Shown: piece after piece, positions 8,752 through 17,513 of the stretch
Numbering within the stretch: position 1 is the first letter of the stretch
Layout: each line of letters starts with the position of its first letter
From: Candidatus Xenobia bacterium
GTDB taxonomy: Bacteria; Vulcanimicrobiota; Xenobia; Xenobiales; QWHO01
DNA length: 55,043 nucleotides
Direction of reading: 5' to 3'
Assembly: GCA_045863235.1 (NCBI GenBank)
Contig: BTUM01000053.1
Span: 1 to 55,043 of the forward strand
Notes under the pieces: model-generated
Told to the model about the DNA's origin: nothing
Database searches by the model: none
Seen by the model: only the letters and a program-made list of their open reading frames with translations
Made by a program: the position numbers and the translations under genes

Positions 8752-10389
8752 TCAGCGCTCTCTCCAGTAGATCACCCGGGCCACCTCGCTCAGAGCCACC
8801 AGCTGGCTGGGGTCGAAGGTGACGATCTCGTTGGCCCCTGCCACCTGCTCGCCGGGAATGCCCAGTCCGGCCAGCACCAGCTGGTAGTCGGGGCCGATGT
8901 TGGTGCCGGTGGGGGAGACGAAGTGCCGGTCGGCCACGAATCGAGCCTGCAGGTCGGCCCTGGTCTGGTTGGGGTCCACCACCGTGGGCAGATCGGCATA
9001 GACTTCGGGCAGGCTGAAGGGCAGCCCGCCCGGCGTGTAGTGCCCGCCCACCCCGAAGCTGCCGTCGGGAAGGCGCAGGATGCTGGTGAAGGCCTCTGGC
9101 ATGGTGGTGTTGGGCGGAGGATCGTCGGTGCACCCGCCGCAGTTGTTGACCGGCACCGCCACCGAGCCGGCCCCGGCCCGTCCGAGCGGGAAGCTGAAGC
9201 GGGTGAGATCGCCCACGCCCACGACGAAGACGTCGTCCAGTGTCAAGGTCGGCGGAGGGCCCGACCGCCGGTGGGTGATCAGCCCCCCCTCCAGGCGCAG
9301 GTGCTGGGCGCTGAAGTTGCCCTCGCTGTAAAGCACCCCGCGGATCTTGGAGCTGGCTTTGCCCGAGCCGTTCAGGCTCAGGTTGCCTCCCGATACCAGG
9401 GCCACCTGGTCGGCCGAGGTCATCTGGGCCTGACCCGCGATGGTGAGTGAGCCGGTGGTGACGATCAGGCCCGTGCCCGAGAGCGAGCCGTCCACGGTCA
9501 GGTTGCCGTCCACGAACAGCACCGCGCCTACCAGCTCCAGGTTGCCCAGGTAGTGGAGCTCGCCAGTGCGCTTCCAGCGCCCGGCCAGTTGGGGAACCGC
9601 CGGGCTGACATCGGGAATGGCGCTGAAGGCCTGGCCATTGGCCTCAGGATCGAAGGAGGCGAGGGGTACCACGGGCACGTCGCTGGGCGCCTGGTTGGGC
9701 TGCACCAGGCCGCTCACGCTGGTGCCCGGGTCCAGACTGATGCTGCCGGCGGCCTTCAGATCGCCCTGAATCGTGGTGGCGGGCCCCAGTGCGATCTGGG
9801 CGTTGGAGAAGAGCACGGCCGGGTCGAGCTGATCCACCGTCACCCCGGCCGGTGGGCTGGATTCGGCCGCTCCTACCTCGAGCTGTCCGCTGCTGGCCAC
9901 CGGGCCATCGGCCGCGATGGCGTAAGGGAAAGGCGGAACATTCAGGATGGCCTCGATCTGGCAGCGCACTCCGTTGCAGCTGCCCACCGCCACCAGGTGC
10001 ACGCTCCGGACCGGCACCACCTGCCCGCCCGCGCCCAGGGTCGCGCCCCCGCCGAGCAGGTTGTTGAGCGAGAGAGGAATGCCCCGGTTGGCGGCCTCAG
10101 TGGGGTCGAAGCTGAGCACCCCCTCACAGTCGGCCGGAGCGCCCTCCCAGGCAGGCAGGGTCAGGGTCTCGAGCTGACCGGGAGTCCCCACGGTCTTGTC
10201 GCGGAAGATCCGCTCCACGCTCAGGGCCAGCACGCTGCGGGCCAGGTCGCCGGCGATGGCCTGGTTGCTCTCGCGAGCCATCAGGCCCAGGTGGGTCACG
10301 CTCAGGCTGGCTATCAAGAGGCCGATAGTGGCCAGCAGGGCCACCACGATGAGGGCCGTTCCCAGGCCCAGGCCACGGCGATTTCGCAT
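8752..10389 (-). CDS. PilX-like minor pilin with C-terminal beta-rich domain
   Basis: MRNRRG|LGLGTALIVVALLATIG: prepilin-like leader lacking Glu5 (PilX/GspK type); repeated VDGNLTV/GSLTI beta-solenoid-like segments. Confidence 0.65.
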   Translation of the reverse strand: MRNRRGLGLGTALIVVALLATIGLLIASLSVTHLGLMARESNQAIAGDLARSVLALSVERIFRDKTVGTPGQLETLTLPAWEGAPADCEGVLSFDPTEAANRGIPLSLNNLLGGGATLGAGGQVVPVRSVHLVAVGSCNGVRCQIEAILNVPPFPYAIAADGPVASSGQLEVGAAESSPPAGVTVDQLDPAVLFSNAQIALGPATTIQGDLKAAGSISLDPGTSVSGLVQPNQAPSDVPVVPLASFDPEANGQAFSAIPDVSPAVPQLAGRWKRTGELHYLGNLELVGAVLFVDGNLTVDGSLSGTGLIVTTGSLTIAGQAQMTSADQVALVSGGNLSLNGSGKASSKIRGVLYSEGNFSAQHLRLEGGLITHRRSGPPPTLTLDDVFVVGVGDLTRFSFPLGRAGAGSVAVPVNNCGGCTDDPPPNTTMPEAFTSILRLPDGSFGVGGHYTPGGLPFSLPEVYADLPTVVDPNQTRADLQARFVADRHFVSPTGTNIGPDYQLVLAGLGIPGEQVAGANEIVTFDPSQLVALSEVARVIYWRER

Positions 10390-10496
10390 TGCATGAACTA
10401 TAGCACGGGAAGTTGGGCAGGGCTCTTCAATCAGGCTGACCCTTTCGGTTACGTGCGGTTACGTGCAGTCGGGACCTCCATCACCTTGCCGCCCGG

Positions 10497-10525
10497 TAGA
10501 CCAGTTCTTTGGTTTATCGTAGAAT
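10497..10525 (+). promoter_or_regulatory. Putative sigma70 promoter of the TA operon (leaderless)
   Basis: TAGACC-17 nt-TAGAAT, ending 6 nt before ATG 10532; no SD sequence. Confidence 0.45.
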
Positions 10526-10531
10526 TATCCT

Positions 10532-10762
10532 ATGAGCAAGAAGGCGATCTCGGTGACTCTCGAGCCGGAGAATCTGCTCTGGCTCCGGGCACGAGCGGCA
10601 GCCCTGGGCTTTCGGAGTATCAGTCAAATGCTTGATCGTCTGATTATCGATGCCCGCAAACAGACCCCGGTCGAGTCGGTGGTGGGCACCATTCGACTTG
10701 ATCCGTCGGACCCCGACCTGTTAGATGCGGATGCGGCGGTTCGAGCCCTCTTTCAAGAATGA
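10532..10762 (+). CDS. Putative RHH-type antitoxin (VapB-like)
   Basis: MSKKAISVTLEPENLLWL...SISQMLDRLI ribbon-helix-helix pattern; overlaps the PIN gene start (ATGA). Confidence 0.7.
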   Translation: MSKKAISVTLEPENLLWLRARAAALGFRSISQMLDRLIIDARKQTPVESVVGTIRLDPSDPDLLDADAAVRALFQE

Positions 10763-11159
10763 GTCACGCGGCTGTTTCTGACACGCATGCTCTCTTGTTT
10801 CACGCTGCCGGGGCAAGCGGTTGGGCAAGCGTGCCGCCCGCTTCTTCGAGGAAGCAGAAAGACAAGAGTCGGTCGTCTATGTCCCCGCGGCGCTCTTGTG
10901 GGAAGTCAGTCTCCTGGCTCGAGTCGGCAAAGTCGAGCTCGGTCGCTCTGTGCGGGCTTTTTTTGAAGCTCTTTTCAGCAATCCAGCCTACCAGCCGTTC
11001 GAGCTCACGCCCGAGCAGGTCTTTATGGCCGACGAGGCCAGACCCAATGACGACCCGTTTGACGGACTCATCTGCGCGGCGGCGCGGTTTCTAAAACTGC
11101 CCCTGCTGTCTCGAGACCGCCAGATCGCCGATTGGGGCATCGTTCAGGTCATCTGGTAG
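10759..11159 (+). pseudogene. vapC: PIN-domain VapC toxin, frameshifted at a G4 run (10810-10813)
   Basis: N-terminal VSDTHALL in frame 10759; the remainder (LLWEVSLL...DPFDGLICAAA...LLSRD) is in frame 10821. One extra G restores HAAGGKRLGKRAARFF. Confidence 0.8.
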
Positions 11160-11214
11160 ACGCCGGGGACCACGCCGAAGCGGAGCCAGGTCGCTCAACC
11201 GGGCCGCTCGACAC
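11134..11214 (+). repeat. Left copy of an imperfect direct repeat flanking the Big_2 gene
   Basis: 11134-11157 matches 14138-14161 at 22/24 nt; 11195-11214 (tcaaccgggccgctcgacac) is identical to 14182-14201. Confidence 0.8.
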
Positions 11215-11280
11215 TAATTCGAAACCGAACGCATTTCTAACAGATCGTTCGCCGTGAGTAGAAGAAGGAACGTCACAAAC

Positions 11281-11309
11281 TTGCCGCTTTGTATTGATTG
11301 TGCTAGAAT
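11281..11309 (+). promoter_or_regulatory. sigma70-type promoter with extended -10 (leaderless start of the Big_2 gene)
   Basis: TTGCCG-17 nt-TAGAAT with TGn extension, ending 6 nt before GTG 11316. Confidence 0.6.
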
Positions 11310-11315
11310 TACAGG

Positions 11316-14024
11316 GTGCTCCGCCGGCTCGTCTTGCCCCTGGCATTCATGTTCCTCTGCGCGTGCAGTGGCGGCGTCACCCCTGGCGGCGGGGCCTTCC
11401 CCCGCACGATTCCGTCGGATGCCGACATCCAGGGGCGCGTCCTCACCGAGATCCGTCTGACTGCCGATGAAACCAGTTTCCCGGTGGGCTGCGTCACGCA
11501 GCTCCGCGCCTGGGGTGTGTTCGACGACGGCCACGAGGCCGACATCACGCACCGCGTCAATTGGATCAGCCTCAATCCGGGCCGTGGGAGCGTGTCCTCC
11601 ACGGGTCTCGTCACCGCCATGCACGCTGGTCCGCTGAGCATCCAAGCCAGACTGGGACCCGGCCGCGGCACGGTCGCCCTGGAGGTCTCCCGCGCTCGCC
11701 TCCAGAGCATCGAGGTGGCGCCGGCGCCGGACCGGCTTCCGGTGGGGATTGAGTCTCAATACCGATTGTTCGGAACCTACCACGACGCCACGGTTCGCGA
11801 CCTCACCGCGGTCGCCATCTGGAGCACGGACGACGCCGGGGTTGCGACGGTCGCCTCCAACGGGGTCGTGACCGGCGTCGCGCCAGGGCGCTCGAGGATT
11901 CGCGCCCGGTTCGGCGGGATCGAAGCCGAGAGCACGGTAAACGTGGAAGTGCTCGAGCTCGTCAGGCTGTCGCTAGGCTCGCTGCACGGCCCCCGATTGC
12001 CGGTCGGGACCAAGACCCGGCTCCGTTCCCGCGCGCTGTTTCAGGACGGAGTCTGGCGGGACGTCACGCGCCAGGTACAGTGGGCAAGCAACCATCCGGA
12101 ATGGGCCAGCGTGACGCCAGATGGGCTCGTGACCGCCCACGCGGTAAGCGGCTCGCCGGTCCGGCTTGTCGGCGTTCTTGGATCGTCTCGACTTGAGCTT
12201 GAGTGGTCCGTCGTCCAGGCCGAGCTTCGCTTCCTCCAGGTGTCCTCGACCGCGACCGGCCCGGCCGGTCTGACGCAGAGACTGAAGGCCACCGGACGCT
12301 ACGTGTGGAGCCCGCCCGCCGGCGGTGAGGAAGAGTTCGAGTTCGAACTGACCCCGGTGGTTGCGTGGCAGAGCTTGGATCCGAGCGTCGCCACGGTCGC
12401 CGCCGACGGGCTCACGACCGCCGTCGGCGCGGGAGTTACGTTGATCCGCGCGTCTCTGGGCGCGGTCAGCGGAGAATCTGAGATCACCGTGTCCTCGGCG
12501 GTTCTCACGTCGCTGACGCTGTCGCCCAGTCCCACCGATCTTCTGGAGGAGACCTCGCGCCGCTGCCGGGCGATCGGGACCTTTAGCGACGGCACCGAGC
12601 GCGACCTCACTGAGGTCGTCACCTGGGCGTCCAACCAGACGAACCTTGTTTTTCTCAGTAATGCTCCGGGCAATCGCGGGCTGGTGCGGGGGCTCGACCC
12701 GGGCGTGGCGTACGTCTCTGCGCGCTGGAAGGGCTTCACCAGCAGTCGTCCGGTTCGCGTCAACGTGGTCGCACTGCAGAATCTCGAGGTTCGCCCCACC
12801 GTGGCACTGAGCGCTCCCGGGGCCACACGTCGGTATCGCGCCTTCGGCCGCTACGTCAATGGTCAGTCCGCAGACCTCAGCGATCGCGTCGCCTGGGAGA
12901 GCCAGGACCCGAGCCTGGTCTCCGTTTCATCGGACGGTCGGGCGCAGGTGCTTGGAGCGGTCGGCGGGCTATCGGGAGTGAGGGCGGTGCATCCCTCTCT
13001 GGGCTCGCGGCAGGCCACACTGCACTTCGGCTCCTACGCCTTCCTCGCGAAACCGACCCTGAACGCTGTGCAGCCCTACCGGCTGGACCCTGTGGATGGA
13101 ACCCTGACGAACAACGGCGATCTGTTTGCGTCAGGCACCGCACCGTACCACCTGACTCTGGAGGAAAGCGGCCTCCGGCTTCTGATACTCTCAGGGGGGC
13201 AGCTGCGCTGCAGCCTGGTCGATCCCGCTACCGGCCAACTTACTTCTGGAGGCGCTGTCGCGGCCCCGAGCGGCGCCAAACAGGTGGTTGTGCAGCCGTA
13301 CGGAGATCTCGTCTATGTAACCTCTCCCACGGGTCTGACCTCCTACCGTTTGGGACCGGGCGGGAGCCTGTCGGCGGTCGGGGCGACGCCAGTCAGTGGG
13401 GTCTTGAGTCTGGTCGCGGATCCCCGGGGCCGCTTTCTTTATCTCGGCACCTCATCGGGTGAGCTGCGGGGCTATGCAATCGGCCCCGCTGGGGAGCTCA
13501 CGGAGGTCTACACCATCGCCGACTCGGGCTCATTCGCTCTGACGGTCAGCTCGCTCGGCCTGATCTGGCAGGCGTGGAGGTTTGATGGCGGCTCGAGCGT
13601 TAGAAATTTGGCGATCCTCGAAGATGGCAGCCTGGAGGGATTGCTGTCCCAATACTCGCGCTTCGTAGACGATTGGCCCGGCCAGCCGCCTCCGCCACCC
13701 GACGTCGTCGAGCAAGTTCTGGCGCGTTGCGATCGTTCCGGAAGGCTGGTCTATGAAGCCATCAAGCGGACCGACGGCAGTTCCGGGCAGGTCTTCTCCA
13801 CCGTAAGCGTAACGCGGGTTGACTTCCAATCGGGCGGTGGATCACGCAGCCTACCCGCCCCGTCGGTCGCGGCGATGGATGCTCCGCTGGCCAACTATCT
13901 CTATCTGGCATGCGAAGGTCGTAGCGATTTGCACATCATCCCCATGTCCCCGACCGGCAGCCTGGGCACTCCCGTGCTACTCGAGACGGGCTCACCCACC
14001 TCGGGCATCGCTGTGACCCCTTAG
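11316..14024 (+). CDS. Lipoprotein with about six Big_2 (Lig-like Ig) repeats and a C-terminal beta-propeller (lactonase-like); putative adhesin
   Basis: Lipobox-like FLCAC; six repeats of the pattern QxxAxGxFxDGxxxDLTxxVxWxS; C-terminal propeller blades (VADPRGRFLY, QPYGDLVYV). Confidence 0.8.
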   Translation: MLRRLVLPLAFMFLCACSGGVTPGGGAFPRTIPSDADIQGRVLTEIRLTADETSFPVGCVTQLRAWGVFDDGHEADITHRVNWISLNPGRGSVSSTGLVTAMHAGPLSIQARLGPGRGTVALEVSRARLQSIEVAPAPDRLPVGIESQYRLFGTYHDATVRDLTAVAIWSTDDAGVATVASNGVVTGVAPGRSRIRARFGGIEAESTVNVEVLELVRLSLGSLHGPRLPVGTKTRLRSRALFQDGVWRDVTRQVQWASNHPEWASVTPDGLVTAHAVSGSPVRLVGVLGSSRLELEWSVVQAELRFLQVSSTATGPAGLTQRLKATGRYVWSPPAGGEEEFEFELTPVVAWQSLDPSVATVAADGLTTAVGAGVTLIRASLGAVSGESEITVSSAVLTSLTLSPSPTDLLEETSRRCRAIGTFSDGTERDLTEVVTWASNQTNLVFLSNAPGNRGLVRGLDPGVAYVSARWKGFTSSRPVRVNVVALQNLEVRPTVALSAPGATRRYRAFGRYVNGQSADLSDRVAWESQDPSLVSVSSDGRAQVLGAVGGLSGVRAVHPSLGSRQATLHFGSYAFLAKPTLNAVQPYRLDPVDGTLTNNGDLFASGTAPYHLTLEESGLRLLILSGGQLRCSLVDPATGQLTSGGAVAAPSGAKQVVVQPYGDLVYVTSPTGLTSYRLGPGGSLSAVGATPVSGVLSLVADPRGRFLYLGTSSGELRGYAIGPAGELTEVYTIADSGSFALTVSSLGLIWQAWRFDGGSSVRNLAILEDGSLEGLLSQYSRFVDDWPGQPPPPPDVVEQVLARCDRSGRLVYEAIKRTDGSSGQVFSTVSVTRVDFQSGGGSRSLPAPSVAAMDAPLANYLYLACEGRSDLHIIPMSPTGSLGTPVLLETGSPTSGIAVTP

Positions 14025-14137
14025 GGCCGCCGAGTAAGACCGATTTGAGGGGGCTCCCCGGACAATCTGCCGGGACATCGAGCAAAATCTTGTCACCCAG
14101 TTCGAAGAAGGAGAGTCTGGACCGGCCATTACCGGTC

Positions 14138-14201
14138 GGGGCATCGATCAGGTCATCAGGTCGGTAGCGACACAGTCCTCGTCAACCGGGCCGCTCGACA
14201 C
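14138..14201 (+). repeat. Right copy of the imperfect direct repeat (relic of the vapC 3' end plus downstream 20-mer)
   Basis: Matches 11134-11157 and 11195-11214. Confidence 0.8.
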
Positions 14202-14289
14202 CGATTTGACGCATGGACGCGATAGTCTCTTGTAGGGAATCGGGACCAGGGGTGGAACCCCTCCCGACCATCCGAAGGGAACCAAGACT

Positions 14290-14625
14290 GTGGAAGCAAC
14301 CGTCCAGGAGGGGCTCAAGAAACCCCGCACCGATCTGAGCACCTGTATCGGCAATCCGATCCTCTTGTTCGTCAAGAACCCGGAAGCGCTGGCCGCGCTC
14401 AAGCTGCCCTTCGAGGGCGGTCAACTCGAGTGCCGCCTGGTGGGCGTCGAGCGCCAGGGCATCTGGTTCGAGCCGGACAAGTGGGTGGAGTCTGCCAGCA
14501 AGCAGAAAAAGCCTCTGCACCACGTCTTCTTGCAGTGGGAAGACGTGCTCTCCATCATGAAAGCCTACGAAACCTCCGACCTCGAGGGCGTGCGCCAGTA
14601 TCGGGGACTGCGTCCGCGCTCGTAA
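14290..14625 (+). CDS. Hypothetical protein
   Basis: 111-aa ORF with host-like codon usage, first gene of a + strand operon. Confidence 0.65.
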   Translation: MEATVQEGLKKPRTDLSTCIGNPILLFVKNPEALAALKLPFEGGQLECRLVGVERQGIWFEPDKWVESASKQKKPLHHVFLQWEDVLSIMKAYETSDLEGVRQYRGLRPRS

Positions 14626-14648
14626 GGGCGGAATCGACCGGGAGAACC

Positions 14649-15821
14649 ATGTTGCGACCCTTCCTGACTCTGGCCCTGATGGCAATGCTGGCCATCTCGG
14701 CCCTGGCCGAGCCGCTTCGCCCCATCGTGGGCAAAGAGCGAAACCATCTCGTGAGCTCGGGCGAGAACCTCTACTCCATCGCCAAGCAGTACAGCCTGGC
14801 CATCGAGCACCTGTGCTTTGCCAACAGCATGCCTATCGGCCTGGACGTGGCCGTGGGCAAGGAGCTGGTGGTTCCCACCCGACGCGTCCTGCCGGCCAAC
14901 CCGCCTGAGGACGGGCTGGTCATCAACCTGCCCGAACGTGGGGTCTACTTGTTCCGCAAGGGCCAGTTCGAGAAGTTCTACCCCGTGGCCATCGGCCAGC
15001 CGGGTCGCTTTCAGACGCCCGAGGGCAGCTTCAAGCTGGAGAGCCGGGTCGAGAACCCGACCTGGCTCCCCCCGGAGTGGGCCGGGCTGGGCGAGGTCAC
15101 CGTGCCGGCCGGGCCGGAGAATCCGCTGGGAGACCGCTGGATGGGCCTGTCCCTGCCGGGCGTCGGCCTGCACTCCACCACCAGCCCCACCTCCATCGGA
15201 GCGGCCGCCTCCCACGGCTGCATGCGGATGTACCCCGAGTCGGCCCGCGAGCTGTTCGAGAAGGTGACCGTGGGCATGCCGGTGCGCATCGAGTACGAGC
15301 CCGTCAAAGTCGGGTTGGACGAGGAGACCGGGGAGGTCTACCTGCAGGTCCTGCCCGACGTCTACAGTCGCTACGACCTGTTGAGCCACGCTCGCGAGCG
15401 CTTGAAAGAGGCGGGTGTGCTGCCCTTCGTGGACGAGAAGCTGCTCGAGCGCCTGGTGCGCCGCCAGAGCGGCCGTCCCGAGCTGGCGCTGCAGACCCAG
15501 GTCCAGGTCACCCGCGGCGGCCAGCCGCTGGATGCCCCCCTGAGCGGGATTCTCAAGGACGGCGTGATGTGGATCTCCAGCGATCTGGCCCGCACGCTCG
15601 GGCTCAACTTGAGTTGGGACGCGGCCAGCCGCTCGGTGGAGGTCTCGCGCGAAAGCTCGGTGGTGCGCTTCCCGGTGATGGCTGAAAGCGGCCCCGTCGA
15701 TCCTCCGCCGGCCTTCCTGTTCCAGGGGCGCACCCTGCTGCCGGCCCGGGTTTTGCTGAACGCATTCAGCATCCCGTTCCGCTGGGACGCTCCCAGTCGC
15801 ACCCTGCACCTCGAGGGCTGA
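14649..15821 (+). CDS. L,D-transpeptidase (YkuD) with LysM and C-terminal stalk/copper-amine-oxidase-N-like domain
   Basis: Signal peptide; LysM-like HLVSSGENLYSIAKQY; catalytic GLHST...SHGCMRM motif. Confidence 0.88.
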   Translation: MLRPFLTLALMAMLAISALAEPLRPIVGKERNHLVSSGENLYSIAKQYSLAIEHLCFANSMPIGLDVAVGKELVVPTRRVLPANPPEDGLVINLPERGVYLFRKGQFEKFYPVAIGQPGRFQTPEGSFKLESRVENPTWLPPEWAGLGEVTVPAGPENPLGDRWMGLSLPGVGLHSTTSPTSIGAAASHGCMRMYPESARELFEKVTVGMPVRIEYEPVKVGLDEETGEVYLQVLPDVYSRYDLLSHARERLKEAGVLPFVDEKLLERLVRRQSGRPELALQTQVQVTRGGQPLDAPLSGILKDGVMWISSDLARTLGLNLSWDAASRSVEVSRESSVVRFPVMAESGPVDPPPAFLFQGRTLLPARVLLNAFSIPFRWDAPSRTLHLEG

Positions 15822-15822
15822 G

Positions 15823-16269
15823 TTGTCCGAGATCACCCTGTTCTACCTCAAGTTCGTCCTGCTGGCGGGGGTGTATGCCCTGCTGGGCCTCTTGATCCGG
15901 GCCCTGGTGCGCGATTTTCCGATGCCTGCAAAGTCGAGCAACGAGCCGATTTCTCAGGCTCAGGACGCTCCCGGCTGGTGGTTGGCCGTGCTGCAGGGAC
16001 ACGAGCGGCTCGAAGGTCGCAGCCTGCGCCTGCAAGAGGAGCTCCTGCTGGGGCGCGCGCCCGAATGCCAGGTTCAGGTGAACGATCCCTTTGCTTCGGC
16101 CCGCCACGCCAGGCTGGTGCCGCGCGGCGAGGGGGTCTGGCTGGAGGATCTGGGCAGCACCAACGGCACCTACCTGGGCGCCGAGGCGGTCAAAGGCGGC
16201 GTGATGCTGCCTGAAGGCGGCCGATTCAGCATCGGAGACGTGACCTTCGAGCTGGTCAAGAGAGCGTGA
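15823..16269 (+). CDS. Membrane-anchored FHA domain protein (FhaB-like)
   Basis: N-terminal TM; GR...SARHA...DLGSTNGT FHA motifs. Confidence 0.9.
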   Translation: MSEITLFYLKFVLLAGVYALLGLLIRALVRDFPMPAKSSNEPISQAQDAPGWWLAVLQGHERLEGRSLRLQEELLLGRAPECQVQVNDPFASARHARLVPRGEGVWLEDLGSTNGTYLGAEAVKGGVMLPEGGRFSIGDVTFELVKRA

Positions 16270-17513
16270 GAGCAAGAGAGCTGGGCCTGCTCGCCGCCGT
16301 CCTGGCGGTAGTGGCCATGGCCCTGGCGCTGGCCACCCGCGCGCCTGAGTTTCGTGGACCCCCGCCCTGGAGCTGGCTGGCCCTGCAAGCATCCGGCTGG
16401 ATCACGGCCTCGCTGGTGCTGCGCTGGAAGAGAGCCGCTGGCGATCCCCTGCTGCTTCCCCTGGCCTGTCTTCTCTCCGGGCTGGGCTGGGTCATGGTCT
16501 GGCGGCTCGACCCCACCCTGGGCCAGCGCCAATCGCTCTGGATTCTGGTGGGCCTGCTGGCCTTCACCCTGACCGCCCTGGCCGTGCGCGACTATCGTCG
16601 CCTGGAAGACTACAAGTATCTCTGCCTGGTCTGCGGGGTGGTGCTGCAACTGGCGGTCATGCTCTTTGGCACCGAGATCAACGGGGCCCGGCTCTGGTTC
16701 CGGCTGGGCGGCATGCAGTTCCAGCCGGTCGAGGTGGTCAAGATCCTCATGATCTTGTTCCTGGCCGCCTTCTTGCGCCGCTACGGGCGCTGGATGCGTT
16801 TGGGGTTGCTCTCGCGCGAGGGCCGGCTGCCCCGCCGGGCGCTCCTTTTGCTGGGTCTGGGCTGGCTGGCCGCCGAGGGCGTGCTGATCCTGCAGAAAGA
16901 CCTGGGAATGGCCCTGCTCTTCATGGGCATCTTCCTGACCATGTTCTACATGGCCACCGGCCGCACCGACCTGGTGCTGATTGCGGGATTTCTCTTCGTG
17001 CTGGGCGCGGTCGGGGGGCTTCTGGCCTTCTCGCACGTGCGGGTGCGGGTGCACGCCTGGCTCGATCCCTTTGCCGACGCCCAGAATACCGGCTTTCAGA
17101 TGTCCCAGGCACTGTTCTCGCTGGGCTGGGGCGGCCTGTTCGGAACCGGCCTGGGCCTGGGCGAGCCCAACCGGGTGCCCGAAGCGGCCACCGACTTCGT
17201 CTTCGTGGCCCTGGCCGAAGAGCTGGGCTTCGTGGGGGCGGTGGCCATCCTGATCGCCTTCATGCTGCTGGTCACCCGCTCGTTCGGCGTGGCCATGCGG
17301 GCCCCGGACGAGTTCGGAACGCTGCTGGCCGGGGGTCTCTCGGTGCTGATCGCCTGGCAGAGCTTGATCCTGATCGCTGGCACCGTCAAGCTGATCCCCA
17401 TGACCGGTATCACTCTGCCCTTCGTAAGCTACGGAGGCAGCTCGATGCTGGCCAGCTTCGTCATTCTGGCCCTTTTGACGCGCATTTCGGCCCGCCCCGA
17501 GGAGCCATGCTGA
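16266..17513 (+). CDS. rodA: SEDS peptidoglycan glycosyltransferase (RodA/FtsW family)
   Basis: NGARLW, QPVEVVK, QKDLG, TDF, TGITLPFVSYGGSS; multiple TM helices. Confidence 0.9.
   Translation: MRARELGLLAAVLAVVAMALALATRAPEFRGPPPWSWLALQASGWITASLVLRWKRAAGDPLLLPLACLLSGLGWVMVWRLDPTLGQRQSLWILVGLLAFTLTALAVRDYRRLEDYKYLCLVCGVVLQLAVMLFGTEINGARLWFRLGGMQFQPVEVVKILMILFLAAFLRRYGRWMRLGLLSREGRLPRRALLLLGLGWLAAEGVLILQKDLGMALLFMGIFLTMFYMATGRTDLVLIAGFLFVLGAVGGLLAFSHVRVRVHAWLDPFADAQNTGFQMSQALFSLGWGGLFGTGLGLGEPNRVPEAATDFVFVALAEELGFVGAVAILIAFMLLVTRSFGVAMRAPDEFGTLLAGGLSVLIAWQSLILIAGTVKLIPMTGITLPFVSYGGSSMLASFVILALLTRISARPEEPC

Noticed and set aside
10446..10466. 10-bp tandem repeat cggttacgtg x2 between divergent promoters
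   Set aside because: Only two copies; possibly an operator, but unsupported.
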